Under the pieces are notes generated by a model, which saw only the letters and a program-made list of their open reading frames with translations, was not told where the DNA came from and did not search any database. The position numbers and the translations under genes are program-made. Shown one piece after another: positions 14,953 to 27,953 of a stretch of DNA of 64,000 bases (position 1 is the stretch's first letter; the number at the start of each line of letters is the position of its first letter). This DNA comes from Lobosporangium transversale. Taxonomy: Eukaryota. Location: the NCBI RefSeq assembly GCF_002105155.1, contig NW_019029020.1:62001-126000 (forward strand), written 5' to 3'.

Positions 14953-15815
14953 AGCATCAGGCCACCCGATTTTTTTTTTTTTAAGTATGTCAGATCGACC
15001 TTTCACTTGAACACAAAAATTGTCAGGCCATAACTTTCTATGGTTTCTTTGGTCTCCTTCCATGTAAAAACAAAGCCGAGCCACGCTTCTCTTATCACAA
15101 GTGTCGGAGAACAATAGTAAACGAATGATGATCTAAAAAAAATGCATCGCCTTTGCTTGTCATATATATAAAAAGACGACGACACAATGTCCAACGTTAT
15201 TTTTATTTCACTAATTTTTACTTCGCGCGGGACAAATTGCTTTCGACATCCTTTCCTCTCTAATTGAATCTTTACGCTTTCACGTCCTTTACTCTTCTTT
15301 CTCCTCTCTTTAACCTTTTCAAATTCCATTGTTAAACCCTGATCTTTATTATTATTTCTTTTAATTCTTTGTATTCTATAACTCATTAAAGAAACACTTG
15401 TATCGGGCGAAGCACTAACACTTGTCATTCAGGAACGGATCACATCCACAATTTGTCTTACTTTTTCCAACACTTCCCAGAAAGCTATCGTCAGGAAAGG
15501 CACAGACAACAGCCAGGAAAAGAATTCATAACATTTCACGAGTATCACTCTCTTCAACTGTGCACCACCATCACGCAACATCGCCCAAAGATCTTATTGA
15601 AATACAGCACGAAGATTAATAGGGATTGAGAAAAAAAAGAAAAAGAAAAGTATCGCTCGACGTCTTTCCTTTAATACGGGAAAGAGCAATAGCAAACGTC
15701 AGCATCGGTATCAATATCAGCAGGGTAAACAGCACCATCTATCTTGGTCTCAAAAAAGAAAAAAGAAAAAACAAGCAAAGAATCAGTAAAGAGCTCATTC
15801 GTTCAATTTTATCAT

Positions 15816-17043
15816 ATGACGGAAAGCAGAGCATTCGCAGCCATGATCTCTTCGCCAAGAAGTGGTCAATCCTCGGCCCCTGCCCATCCGTCCAAAATCC
15901 CGGCATCATCACCTTCTTCTTCCTCTTCTCTCTCTCCTTCTACTCTCAATACTTTTGAGCAGCTCTGGTCATATATCCCTTTCCTCTCCTCCCTCTCTTA
16001 TCCATCGAAATCATCATCATCGCCATCGTCATCATCTTCTCCCAATTCGAGCGCCTACAGTAGCAGATCAACATCCCCTTCACCTAATTCTTCACGTTCT
16101 TCTTCTTCGTGCTCTACACGGACCTGTCTCTCTTATTGCTGCAGCACTTCCTCGGATTTGCAATACAAGTCACTTTCTGCACAACCGAGGATTCAACCAC
16201 TCGCTACATTCAACCTTCGACCGAAGAATTACTACTCAAAACGACAACGATTCATGTCGAGCCGCTCTCGGATCCATTCAACATCGTCTGTTTCTCATTC
16301 AGACATTGGCAGCGACAAGGATGAGTACACTGGTCCTCATTCATATTCACATAAAAGACGCTCCTCGCCTTCACCTACCGACCTCCGCACGCCAACAACA
16401 GTAGAAACAGCAGATGTCTCTACAGCCATGAAGCTTAATACAACTACAACTATAACCACAACCACAACCACAACAACCCATCAGACAACATCATCTAGAA
16501 GCGATAGTGTTAGAAACACAGTGACAAAGGCTCAAATCGCTCCAGAAGCAAGTACAGGTCCATATTTGTTTGTATTCGATTGGGCAGTGTCACTCTATTA
16601 CCCAATCCGCGCCATGATCTTGTTTGTCCTGGGCTTTGTTTTCTCACTGGTCATTGATCATCTTCAAACACAGCATCAACTCGTTCAATACCATCCAGAC
16701 ACCAACAATCGTTTCAGCAACAGCGGCAGTAGTAACAACAACGTCTATTTCATGAGTAGTACAAGGATGCTATTTGACACAGCCTCATGGTTACCACCCA
16801 CGTGCGGTGCCTCTGCAGTCTTGATCGGCACCATTTATCCGCTTGGAGATTATCTTTGGTGGGGCAAACGCGTCCAACGCAACGGTCGGGATTGGTCCGG
16901 CGTTATGAGGTAAATGTGAACTTCAATCAGAAGAAGAAGAAGAAGAAAAAAAAAAAAAGCAGTATACCTTAAAAAAAGATAACTCCAGCGGAGTAGTACT
17001 TGAGCCGCTTTCTTTGTCATCCAGCCAATTATTTTTGATGGCG

Positions 17044-17083
<40 letters not shown>

Positions 17084-17650
17084 ACGATTATCTTCATCCA
17101 TGAATATTATCAATGACAGATGCCTTGGCGGATTCATCGGAGTCAACTATGCAGCATCAAAATTACCCTGGACCAGCAGTCTTCAGGTGTCTTGTACATT
17201 GGCATTGATCTCGGCAGGACTCTGGTTCTTGTTCGATCGGACATTTCATGGATTTGTCATCTCATTGACTGTTGCAACTATGGGCACTATAGTCGCCTAT
17301 TTCTTGGTCTTGAACGGCTGGTATAGGTAAAGGCTTTATTCTTTTTCTTAATATCTCTCCTGCTTTTTCTTTTCCCAATGCAGATTGTGTTTATAAAGTA
17401 CACACGGTCCATGCTTGCTTGGCTTATTTCGGTTGCTCCACTTGTTTTCCTTTTCCTCCCCTTGTTTTTTTTTTTTTTTTTTTTTTTTTTACATGTGCTC
17501 TTTCTTATTCGGTTCCAAAGATTACACAAGGAAAGAAGAAAAGTGCACAATATATGAAAGAACAGATACACATGCATAAATGCACAAACGCAAAAAGTTT
17601 AGAACAAACAATGCCCCAGACATAACAATATGCTCACCATTTTTCATTTT

Positions 17651-17690
<40 letters not shown>

Positions 17691-17855
17691 ATTAGCTTCA
17701 CAAGGGCCGACTTCTTTGGTGTGGGTCCATGGATTCCTTGTATTCTGTATTCGTCCTCAGTATGCTTTGGGAGTATTGGCAGGCAATTGGACGTGGTTCC
17801 TGAGGCATGGTATCAATCTAACCATTGCTCACGAGTTCATCTCAAGTCTGAGTAA
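15816..17855 (+). CDS. INSIG-domain (Nsg1/Ins1-like) sterol-regulatory ER membrane protein with long Ser/Thr-rich N-terminus, 3 exons
   Basis: INSIG motifs LFVLGFVFSLVIDHL, CGASAVLIGTIYP, DWSGVMR|CLGGFIGVNYAASKL, LWFLFDRT..GF, WIPCILYSSSVCFGSIGRQL. Exons ~15816-16909, 17120-17326, 17696-17855. Start codon uncertain. Confidence 0.85.
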
Positions 17856-18314
17856 CTTAGTTACAGAGGGTAGATTTAATGGATATGATAGTTGTAGCGT
17901 CTGGAACCGACAATTTAATTAATTCAACTCCACATACTCGAAACTACTGGAGAGGAAGTGTATTCGTCTGTATATTTACACAATAATATCCATTTACTCG
18001 TTTACGACCATTGAATTGCTTGACACTTGTTGTTGAAGTGTTATCGAAAATAACTTTATATTTGTACATATAATGAGTGGGGTGTGACCGTCGTTGGGCA
18101 AAGTGCGTTCGTGTGATCAATGGGTCCATGTCGGCGTGACAAAAATTCCACCCCCTTGTTTCCTCCTGCATGCAGACAGAAAAAAATGAATTCATGCCTT
18201 TACAGATCTCTCATTTCTTTCTTCATTTCTTTTCTTCTTTGTCAGCTCGGTCTCTTTTCACCCGCATCCTTAATATTTAATTACAATAATAACGACACTA
18301 ATAATAATTGAGAC

Positions 18315-19349
18315 ATGGCTAGAAAGAAAGAAAATTATATTCATCTACCTACGGACGACGACGACGACGACCAGCATATAAATCCTAGAGGCTATGGGAC
18401 TTTACCTCCGCCTTATTCATCCACATCTCACGAAGGAACTCCACTCATCCCTACGTCTTACTCTCCATATCCGCTCTATGCTGGATCACCGATCTCACCC
18501 TCAGCGCCAGCTAATCCTCCTTCAACCATTGATAGCCATGTGGGGCAGCATCGACTCTATCCTCCGTTGGACTATACTGCTCATATGCATCAAACCCAGC
18601 CACATGAAGCAGCAGCAATAGCAGGAGGAATGTCATCGTCATCACCAGGAGCGGGTGTAGGGGCGGGAGCAAGAGCAGGATATAACCCATATTATGTCTC
18701 ATCTAATCAACAGTATCAGCAGCCATATCCACTATACCAACAGCAACAGCAACACCAACACCAACACCAACAGCAACAGCAACAGCAACAGCAACATCAA
18801 CAGCAACAGCAACACCAACAGCAACACCAACAGCAGCATATGTCTATCCTTCCCCAAAATCGTCAAAGTCCTCATCCGCCTCCCACAACACAGACATACT
18901 GTCTTCCTCGTCAGGAGACCCTAGGATCTGCACCCTTGATTCTGATGCGGCCTCCTACAAGAATTGAGGACCTTAAGGCCAAACCTGGAGTCGTTGTCTG
19001 CCAGCACTGCCGTCATCTTGTTATCACAGAAACATCGCCAGAGAATGGTAAAGAAATATATCACCCGGCTTCTGTAACAAAAAAAAGAGGACGCGTCTGA
19101 ATAGCTTTTTTTTTTTTATTTTTTTTTTTTATTGATTTTATAGGCTCATGCACATACCTTGGGATCCTTGCATTAATACTGGCAGGGGTGTCCTCGTGTG
19201 GCTGTTGTTTGCTCCCTCTATGCATGACCTCATGTAAGGATATCATGCATTCATGTCCTAACTGTCAAGAAGATATTGGACTTTACTCTCGTATCAAGGA
19301 GAAGACTTACCCCGTCAGACGGATTGATGATCCTCAAGAGTTCCGCTGA
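18315..19349 (+). CDS. LITAF/SIMPLE-like zinc-ribbon membrane protein with PPxY motif and polyQ/H tract, 2 exons
   Basis: PPPY and YPP motifs; CQHC...hydrophobic GILALILAGVSSCGCCLLPLC...HSCPNC is the LITAF signature. Exons 18315-19047 and 19144-19349. Confidence 0.88.
18739..18838 (+). repeat. CAA/CAG/CAC coding repeat (polyQ/QH) in the LITAF gene
   Basis: Directly visible CAGCAA/CACCAA iterations encoding QQQQQHQHQHQQQ... Confidence 0.9.
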
Positions 19350-19363
19350 AAATAATAACCACT

Positions 19364-19399
<36 letters not shown>

Positions 19400-19470
19400 T
19401 ACTACCCATGATCAATCTTCTTTATTGTACGCCCTTTGTTCAATCTTCATCTCAGACTTTGCTTAAAAAT

Positions 19471-19505
<35 letters not shown>

Positions 19506-19794
19506 ACATCACCTTTACTTTCTTTGCTCGTCCTTCTTACCTAATTTAAGGCAGAGAGTTGCCAAATAGTCATCGCCAAATGTATTTTTCATCATCTTTT
19601 AATTGAATAAAATACTCTCCACTTCTGGACAGAAACAATACGTTCAAAACATACATTACGGGAGTGTCAGCTGTCAGCGAGACAATCCTTAGATTCACTA
19701 GAAATTGAATTTTTTGATGATGACTTTTTTAATGCAGTGTTCTTTTGTTATTTGTAGATGTGTATCTGATGCAAATGATGAAAATGAGGATAGA

Positions 19795-21651
19795 CTAATG
19801 CGTTCTTGACAGATCCGACATGCTTAAATGCTCATACTGTGGAGCAGCATGTGAGGATGGTTGAGATGGCGATAGTAGTGACAAGTGCTCTTGTGCTCCA
19901 TCTGAACTCATAGGAACAATGAATTCTGATGATGGTTTTAGATCAGCTCTCCTTTGTCCAGTCTGTACCAAAGGTTCGCTGGATTGGCTGCCATTGAATC
20001 CAAGGTGTTCCTTTTGATGATATGGGTGATAATCCTCCAGCTCTGGCTTTGAGAGTGATCCACCGGTTGCTGTAATATCTGTAGTCTGGTTCTCTCGTTG
20101 GTGAGCCACAGATACTGTCCTGGCCAGCTTCAGTTTCTTTCGTTCTTTAGCATACGTCTGGAAGACATCGCTGCTCAAATAGAAATCACTCAAGACCATC
20201 TCCAGCTCATCGATTCGCTCCTTTAACAGCATGATCTTTTGATCTTGCGTTTGAACTTCAGTATCATGAAACTTTCCAATGTCTTCGGCCCGAGTGGTGA
20301 AGGGTCCTTTTGAATAGCCATCATGCGTATCATAAGCCTTGGCTAACGAACCCGTGATACGCCGCCGGAAGCATGGGATATCAGCAATCAAGCCCCAGGG
20401 AGAGGCCAACGAGGCCCCAAACAAGAAGACGATCAGAGAGGAGACTAAGCCCATCAGACCTCCGATATTGGCCATTGTATCACGAAAGGTGACACCTTCA
20501 GCTGCATATGAGATAATTTCCACATTAGATTGAGGCCGCAAAAGAAGTACCGTAGTGAGATCGTCGTACATGCCATGGGGAAATGGCATATGCTGGACTG
20601 TGCTTCTGTATGAAAAAGTCTCGTTTTGACCACCATGGCCCAAAAATGCCTTGAACCGTTGAACGAAGCTGGCATCAGGTCCAGGCCGATAGGCCTCATT
20701 GTAGTTGAGAGGCGTATACCGAATCTCGACAAAATGACCGGGTAAGAAATAGAATTGGTTGAATTTATCCCGGCTGGTAAAGAATCTTGCGTCGATGTCT
20801 ATAGATAAGGTAGTATTTTAGTGGAATTCATGGATGCTGTCTAGATAAAAAGAAAAAAGAAAAAAGCACTTTGGAGTGTAGTACTTACTCGGATGCAACA
20901 GAGTTACTTGGGACCAGTTATATTGGGATGGGACAGGGGAATGCTTCAACACCACCTGGATATATTCACGCCTTTGGTACCCATCAGTCAAAACTTTCTT
21001 CTCGGGAACAATGACGATTCTTTCACCTTCCGCGCCAGATTTGTAGTGTTTCACGTTTTGACCATTAGAAGGTGTGGATTGAGTCGCATTGATATATTCT
21101 ACTGATGCCACCTCGATCTTGTCTATTTCCGTGGTGTAAAGGCTCAATGCTATTTGTTGAATTGTTATTTGGGGTTAATATGCCTTCCCAATATATTACA
21201 AGACTCTAGGGCACTGTGTCTTTTTTTTATTTTATTTTGCTTTTTCGCTTACTGGGTGTAGGAGTTCCATTATCCTTGATGCTCAGACTTTCAAGTATAT
21301 TGAACGGACGAGCATTTCCCAATTGCCATACTTCAACGAATTTGATAATGTACCAGGTCGCGCCCATAATACATGCAAAGCCTAACAGAGAGATAACAAG
21401 TAAATGAAAAATACCAAAGATTAGTCGACAATATCTGTCTGACATATTGATAACTAGCATCTGCTTTGTGCCAAAAATAAAAAATAAAAAATAAAAAAAA
21501 ATAAAAAAATTAACATTACGAGTAATAAAGATGACAATATTCTTAATGATGCACACCGACATGTCCTCTCCTTTTCGTTTATGAGGATATTCATCTATTA
21601 ATGAAGAGTACAGAAAAGAATATTGTGAGACCTTTCTTTCTTTCTTTCTTT

Positions 21652-21684
<33 letters not shown>

Positions 21685-21796
21685 AAAAAAATTACATACG
21701 ATTAAAAGTGAATACTGCCCAAAAGAACCTGAGGATTGAGTTAATCATTCCTTGTGAGGGTTCTCTGTTTTCTGGTGTTATTGTTCGATACTCCAT
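19795..21796 (-). CDS. Uncharacterised two-TM membrane protein, paralog A (~521 aa), DEG/ENaC-like candidate
   Basis: Exons 21796-21700, 21594-21520, 21381-21253, 21149-20889, 20798-19795, all GT-AG and in frame (1566 nt). TM1 CIIKNIVIFITRFACIMGATWYII; TM2 TMANIGGLMGLVSSLIVFLFGASLASPWG; coiled coil LLKERIDELEMVLSDFYL. The gene model is solid; the channel call is inference. Confidence 0.85.
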
Positions 21797-22613
21797 TTCT
21801 TTTGCCTTTTCTTATCCTTGCTGTTTCCTCGTCTTATTTAGAATATGGGTGCTTGAGAATAGGTGATAAATTATACAAAGGTAGTATGGGAATGACAATC
21901 AAAAAGCAAGGAAAGGAAAAAAAAGTAAAGGTGGGAATCCTCTTGAGAGGAGATCCTTTTATTATATAAGCTCATACAAGGACGTGAGGCAGTGCAAGCT
22001 CAATGCCAAGCTTACGCGGGTTTAAAAAGAAAATAAAAAATAAAGTTACGCATTTGGCTCCACTCAATATCACACTTAATACATTTCGCCCAAAGATTGG
22101 TGTAAATGTAAATCATTGGATTCTCCTGTTCCTGAAAATTAGTGTTTTAAGGTTCTAAGCCTCGTCTGTTTGTTGATCTATAGAGTAGAGAAACCGGTGT
22201 ATTATCTCGGCTGAATGCTCTTGCGTCTCAACTTTACTGTCTTTTTTGGAGGCAAAGTCCATAAAAAAAATACCTTTTATTATTATTATTATGTCTAGTA
22301 CACGAAGGGCGACAGTTGTTGTCAGGCTGGGCAATAAATGCCAATGTTTAACATGCTATTAATTCATTGTATCCATATGAGAAGGCCTCTAAAGATCACA
22401 TTAAAGCAGAACTACGGCTTCAACAAAAACGGGTTTAATACTCAGAAAAAGTTTGGTCGACCAACCACAAAAAGGTCTTTGGTGTATTTAGTATGGATAT
22501 GAGGCATCGGTATTTAACGCTACTATTCTATAATAAATGGCAAGGGATGCGGTGCCGTTAATCCTCCACTTGGCTTAATGATCAGCCAATGACTGCTATA
22601 TTAATTAATACTC

Positions 22614-24169
22614 TCATGGCATCCGTGACAGATCAGACATATCTAATTCTTCATATTGCACATCATTGCCACCCCCCCTTTCACGAGAACCAACAACAGC
22701 GCTAGAGGCTTCACTGTTTAGCCTCCCCGGTGAACCCATTTGCACTCTTGGAGTAAGAGCGGCGGCTAGACTTCCTGTGTCGCCTTCACTCTTTCGCCAC
22801 ATTGATCCCGATCCGTTAGAGTCATCAGGAGTGCTAGCAGTAAATGCAGGGTGTGATGTTCTTGGAGAAGGAGATACTGATGAGGGCGCAGGGGTGGCTT
22901 TGATAGCCATAGGTATGATGGTCTCCTTGCGAGGCCGTGGTGGGAATGATGGGGGCCGCTGCTGTTGTTGCTGGAGGAACGATTGACGCATCAGATAGTG
23001 ATCCTGCTGAAGTAGCCCTTGACGCTGTTGATCGGAGGTTGACAAGTTAGATGCCTGTATAGGGGAAGCAGGATCTTCATCCTCTTCCTCTTCCCCATCC
23101 TCTGAGGCGATTCTGAGCAATGACTGCTCGGAATTATTGCGTTGCTTTCTTTGGCCCCGAGACTGTTGTTGTTGTTGTTGTTGTTGGTAGTATGCGGAAA
23201 CACTCATCTCAGGTTCATACCCTCGTTCAATGCTCTGTCTTGCATATGATGCCGGGTTCTGTGGTGATGGTAATGGACCCTTATGTTGATGTTGACTTTC
23301 TCTCAGAGTCTCGCTTGGCCTCCGATAATGGCCAGGTGCATATGGACTCTGTTGGTATGATTGTTGTTCTTGCTGCTGTTCTTGCTGCTGGTCTGGAGAG
23401 AATGCCAGACTGGCTTTTCCAGTAGCGCAAGAAACAAGAGATACTTTTCTTCCCAGTTTTAGTTTTGAGCGTTCCTCTGCATAGTTTTGAAAGACCTCTG
23501 GGTCCAGATAATATTCGCTCAGGACCATTTCAAGCTCATCAATCCTTTCCTTCAGAAGTACAATTTTTTGCTCCATGGTTACGATCTCGGGATCAAACTT
23601 GCCAGTTTCCTCAAATTGAGTCGTAAAAGGCCCTTTAGATAATCCATCCTGTGTATCATATGCCATAGCCATGGATGCCGAGATGCGTTGTCGGAAAAAA
23701 CGTAAACCAGCCACATATCCCCAAGGTGACAAGAGCGAAGCCCCAAAAAGGAAGACGATAATGGATCCAACAACGCCAATAAGGCCTCCGATCTTGGACA
23801 TCGTATCTCTGAAAGTGACCTTCTCCTCCGCATACGATATTATTTCCAGATTAGTATGCGCACGAATAATGATCACTGTGGTCATGTTGTTATAAAGCCC
23901 CTCTGGGAACGGAATTTGGCTCACTGTGCTCTCATATGAAAAATCTTCTTGATTTTCATCATATCCCAAAAAACTTTTGAAGCGCTGAAGTAAGGAAGGG
24001 TTTTCATCGCCCTCGATTCGATATGCTTCATACAAATGTACAGGTGTATATCGAATTTCAACAAAGTGTCCCGGAAGGAAGTGATATTGGTTTTGCATGT
24101 CTTGATTGCTAAAAGTGGTTGAATTCCTTTCTGTAAATATAGTAGATGGGTATGTTAATTGTTTGTTTG

Positions 24170-24202
<33 letters not shown>

Positions 24203-25209
24203 GAAAAAAAAAAAAAAAAAAAAAAAAAAAGAAAGAAAGCAAAAGTAGTTACATACGAGGATGGAGGAGGCCTACGACACTCCAGCCGAAGCGCGGCAAA
24301 GGTGGGACATGTGTGATTTCGATATGAATGGATTGTAGGGACGTGTCGGTACGCATTGTCTCGCGATAAGGTGTAATTAAGAGCATCTCGTCACCTTTAT
24401 CATTTGACCATGTATCACTGTCAACACTGTATTCCATGGGGGCGTATGCAGTTTTGTTGGAATAAAATACTCCAGAGACCAATATCTTTCCAACTTCGCT
24501 TGAATACAAGTTGACGACTATTTTTTTTTTTTTTTTTTTTTTTTTTTTCAAAAAAATAATAATAATGGTTAGAGACCCGTTGGTCAACTGTTCCGTACAC
24601 TACCTCCATGCCAGTAACAATAGCTTACGTGGTACTGTGGTTCCATAGTCGCGTGTTATCTGCCGCTCTAGTTTATTAAAAGGCCGTTCTATTCCTTGAA
24701 GTCTATATTGAAACCAATTGTTGATGTACCAAATTGCGCCCAAAATGCATGAAAGACCTATATTTGAGACAAACGTTTCTAGGGGTTAGTATCTGGAGAC
24801 GGGAGAAAAAAGAATGCGAACCAGGGCTGTTTTTCAAAGCGTATGATTTGCTGTCTCTATCGCACATACGAGTTACTAAAATGACGGCTGACTTTGCTAT
24901 ACAGAACCCCAGGTTTTCTCCTCTCCGTATGCGAGGGAACGAATCTAAGGGAGAGGGTTATCGTTATGGGTAAAGGAACAGTTAGCATGCTATCCTTGTA
25001 CGCATTCGCTAGACATGGCATGTGTCCGGCCTTTGGTACAATAATAATAATAATAATAATAAGGTAAAAAAAAAAAAGAAAATCGTGGGAAGCCACGTAC
25101 AGCCAAAGGTGCATATTGCCCAGCAGATCCTTATATAAGGAAACCGGAGCACAGCATTCACAAAGCGGTGTGTCCTTGTGGGGGGATTTGTCGTCGTCTC
25201 GTATTGCAT
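22614..25209 (-). CDS. Uncharacterised two-TM membrane protein, paralog B (~696 aa), DEG/ENaC-like candidate
   Basis: Exons 25209-25101, 24944-24870, 24757-24629, 24517-24257, 24130-22614 (2091 nt). Internal exons have the same lengths as paralog A (75/129/261 nt). TM2 TMSKIGGLIGVVGSIIVFLFGASLLSPWG; long Q/S/P-rich tail. Confidence 0.85.
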
Positions 25210-26238
25210 TCTGAAAGAGTCTGGGCGCTCAAGTGGAAAATATGATCAATTGATTGATAAACAGCTGTGCTAATGTGTATGGTGAGCTGAAACACAATAG
25301 ATAAAGGAATGCCAAATGCAAATCCTTAGTAACTTGTTCCTGAGGTGATTTATTAATTTCAAAAGAAGCTGAAAAAGAAAGTCGGAAGCGGATGAGGGGA
25401 GGGTGAGATACCCAGCAATTTGGGTGGCAAAATAGAGTGAAGAGAGAGAAGGAGAAAGAAAGAGAAAAGAGGAAAAAAGAAGGGAAAAATGGTTACAATG
25501 GCTCGTTTATGGATTGCTCAATTTATAATATATATATGCTATGCACATCATTCAACAATAAGCCTATTCAATTGTCTGTGTAAATTATATATTATATATA
25601 TACATGTTGTTGTTAACCCTAATGTTTATACTTTGCATAGATGTAATAGGGTTTTCACAACTTGCTCATTTTCTTAAGCAGCGATTGAATGTATGACAAA
25701 TCCTGCATCTGAGGGCTCGGTATATACTCGCCCTTCCTTATCCAAAGACAGCTGTAGTATTTAATAGAGTGATGAAAGGAATAGTTGTCTTATTCATCTC
25801 TTTCTGGTATGCTTGCCGCAGCCAAAACGATCAGAGAATAGGCCGCGGACAACAAAAGCTGACACGATCATTACCCCTTTGAAAAAAAAAAAAAAAAAAA
25901 AAAAAAGATGCTCTTCAGCCCTTGTATTAGTTACACAAACATAACACACCTGTCTTAAAGCCCAGGATTAAAGCGCCTCTCGCCTTGTGCAGGGGCCCCC
26001 AGCAAGGCATGTTTTTGTATATACATATCATATTGCCACCCTTACATCTACAAAAAAAAAGACTAATATTCACTTGGATTGTCATGATCTAATCGTTCAT
26101 CGCCTTAATGTTAGGTATGGGCTCACCATAATGCCATCCACACTCTATCTAAAACACAGACCACAAGGTTCACTTGACTGAAGCATCGAATAATCTCTCT
26201 ATTTCACACTTTATTGTATTATAGTACTAAACGCCTAA

Positions 26239-27039
26239 TCATGCCAGAACAACCTTCTCCAATGCAGCCAAGTCCTCCAAAGCCACTTTCCTGGACTGAT
26301 CCAACTGCTTCTTATGTGCAGCAACGTCGACCATCCTGAACGCCCTTTTCCTAGGATCATGTGCTAGCGTAGGCAGTGTTTGGTCCTTATACAAACTAAC
26401 GCCGACATAAGTCCTCTTCCAGAACTTCTTGTCCTTGACAGGATCCTGATAGTATTGAACCCAGCCGGACTCAAGTGCATATAATGTGTGATCTTTGCCC
26501 ATACCAACATTTTCGCCTGGGTAAAAGCGTGTGCCACGCTGACGATAGATGATATTACCAGGAATTACAGGTTCGCCTATCACGTTGAAGTAGAAAAAAA
26601 AAGTGTTAGTCAGTGTATTAAATAGTGTAGTAGTGCTCGCATAAAATACCGAGGTTTACCTCCAACCTTCTTGGCACCAAGACGGCGACCGGCAGAATCT
26701 CTGTTATTCTTGGTTGAACCTCCAGCTCTTTTAGAGGCATGGCGGACCTGATTTGTGAAAACTATTTACAAGTTGTAAATTATAATAGGATAAAAAAAAG
26801 CTGAGTGCCGATGACAGGTAACAAATGTATAGCTGTATGTTTCCAATGCCATGCTGTGTTCTCTCATGGTAAATCTGATCGTGAAGCGATTGGTTCCTGA
26901 AGCTCTCAGCAGGGTCGTCCTGACATGGTTATTGATCTTCTGTTTAGTCTTTGATGTTCCTACCTGAGGATTCTGTGAAGGCGCCAAGTCTGGCAACCTG
27001 GCGGCTCAAGCCAAAGACTTGTGATGTAAGAAGAGACAT
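26239..27039 (-). CDS. MRP7: Mitochondrial ribosomal protein bL27m (L27), 3 exons
   Basis: Presequence-like [18 protein letters not shown], then [26 protein letters not shown] and [29 protein letters not shown] (bL27 signature). Exons ~27039-26964, 26761-26660, 26577-26239. Confidence 0.92.
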
Positions 27040-27152
27040 GATGGTACGCACCGTTCAGAGGCGAGGATGAAATAAAAAGCTCTTGTTCAATGTGGAAGGT
27101 GGGCGTTGCTCCGAATGACTGACTGTTTACAAAGTGGCTGGGGCAGGATCAC

Positions 27153-27160
27153 TGTGACTG
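27153..27160 (-). promoter_or_regulatory. Homol-D box (CAGTCACA) upstream of the bL27m gene
   Basis: TGTGACTG on + strand, about 115 nt upstream of ATG 27039; exact match to the S. pombe ribosomal-protein promoter element. Confidence 0.45.
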
Positions 27161-27953
27161 CAAATTGCTCTTTCTGTCCATGGATGGGTTCTTTCTCCAT
27201 AACCACGGCATCACCCATCAATCAATGCAGATAAACAAAGTGTAGGGGTAGCCGCCGCTATAGAATTTCGCGAAAAAAGTTTGTTGCTATTCAGTTTGTA
27301 GAATTTGCATTTTGGAGGCACGTAAACAAAGAATAGCGTTCTATGTATTATATATCCAACGATGATAGATGGCAAGTCTCATTTATTAAAAGTAACATGT
27401 AGCCGGGGTACACACAAATAGGGAAGTTTTTTAATCTGTCATATTCCCCGCATTTTGCCTGTCGCAAAGTAGTATAAGCAAGGTTTAAATCAAACAAAGC
27501 TTTTCGGCATCATTTTACATATTTGTACAAAGATCCCTTGAACTTTTGAATGATTGTACATGTACATGTACATGTGGCAGTTAGTGCATTATGTACGTAT
27601 TGTACCTGAAAAGAGAGCAATAAATTAATGGGTCCGTAACGGTGGGCTCCGGAGCTCACATTTCCTCCCCACACTCCTTCGACATGTTCCGGTTGACCCA
27701 GTTTTTTCTCTCCTTCATGTCTTAATGTTCCGTACCTTGTCTTTCCGTAGGCGATCCCCGATATTTCCGACCCAATAGCAAATAGGCAGATGAGACTTAA
27801 TACTCCATCCAATCATCCTCATTGAAGGTGTTAGAGATACATGAGCACAAGAATATAAAAGAAACTTACTCCCCACTTTTTTTTTTCTTGACAACTCTCT
27901 CTTACTCCACTCTACTCCCCTAATTTTCAACTACTTTACTACCACCTGCAACC

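Noticed and set aside
11230..15619. Short ORFs between the sugar transporter and INSIG genes
   Set aside because: Low-complexity intergenic/promoter sequence; no consistent exon chain found.
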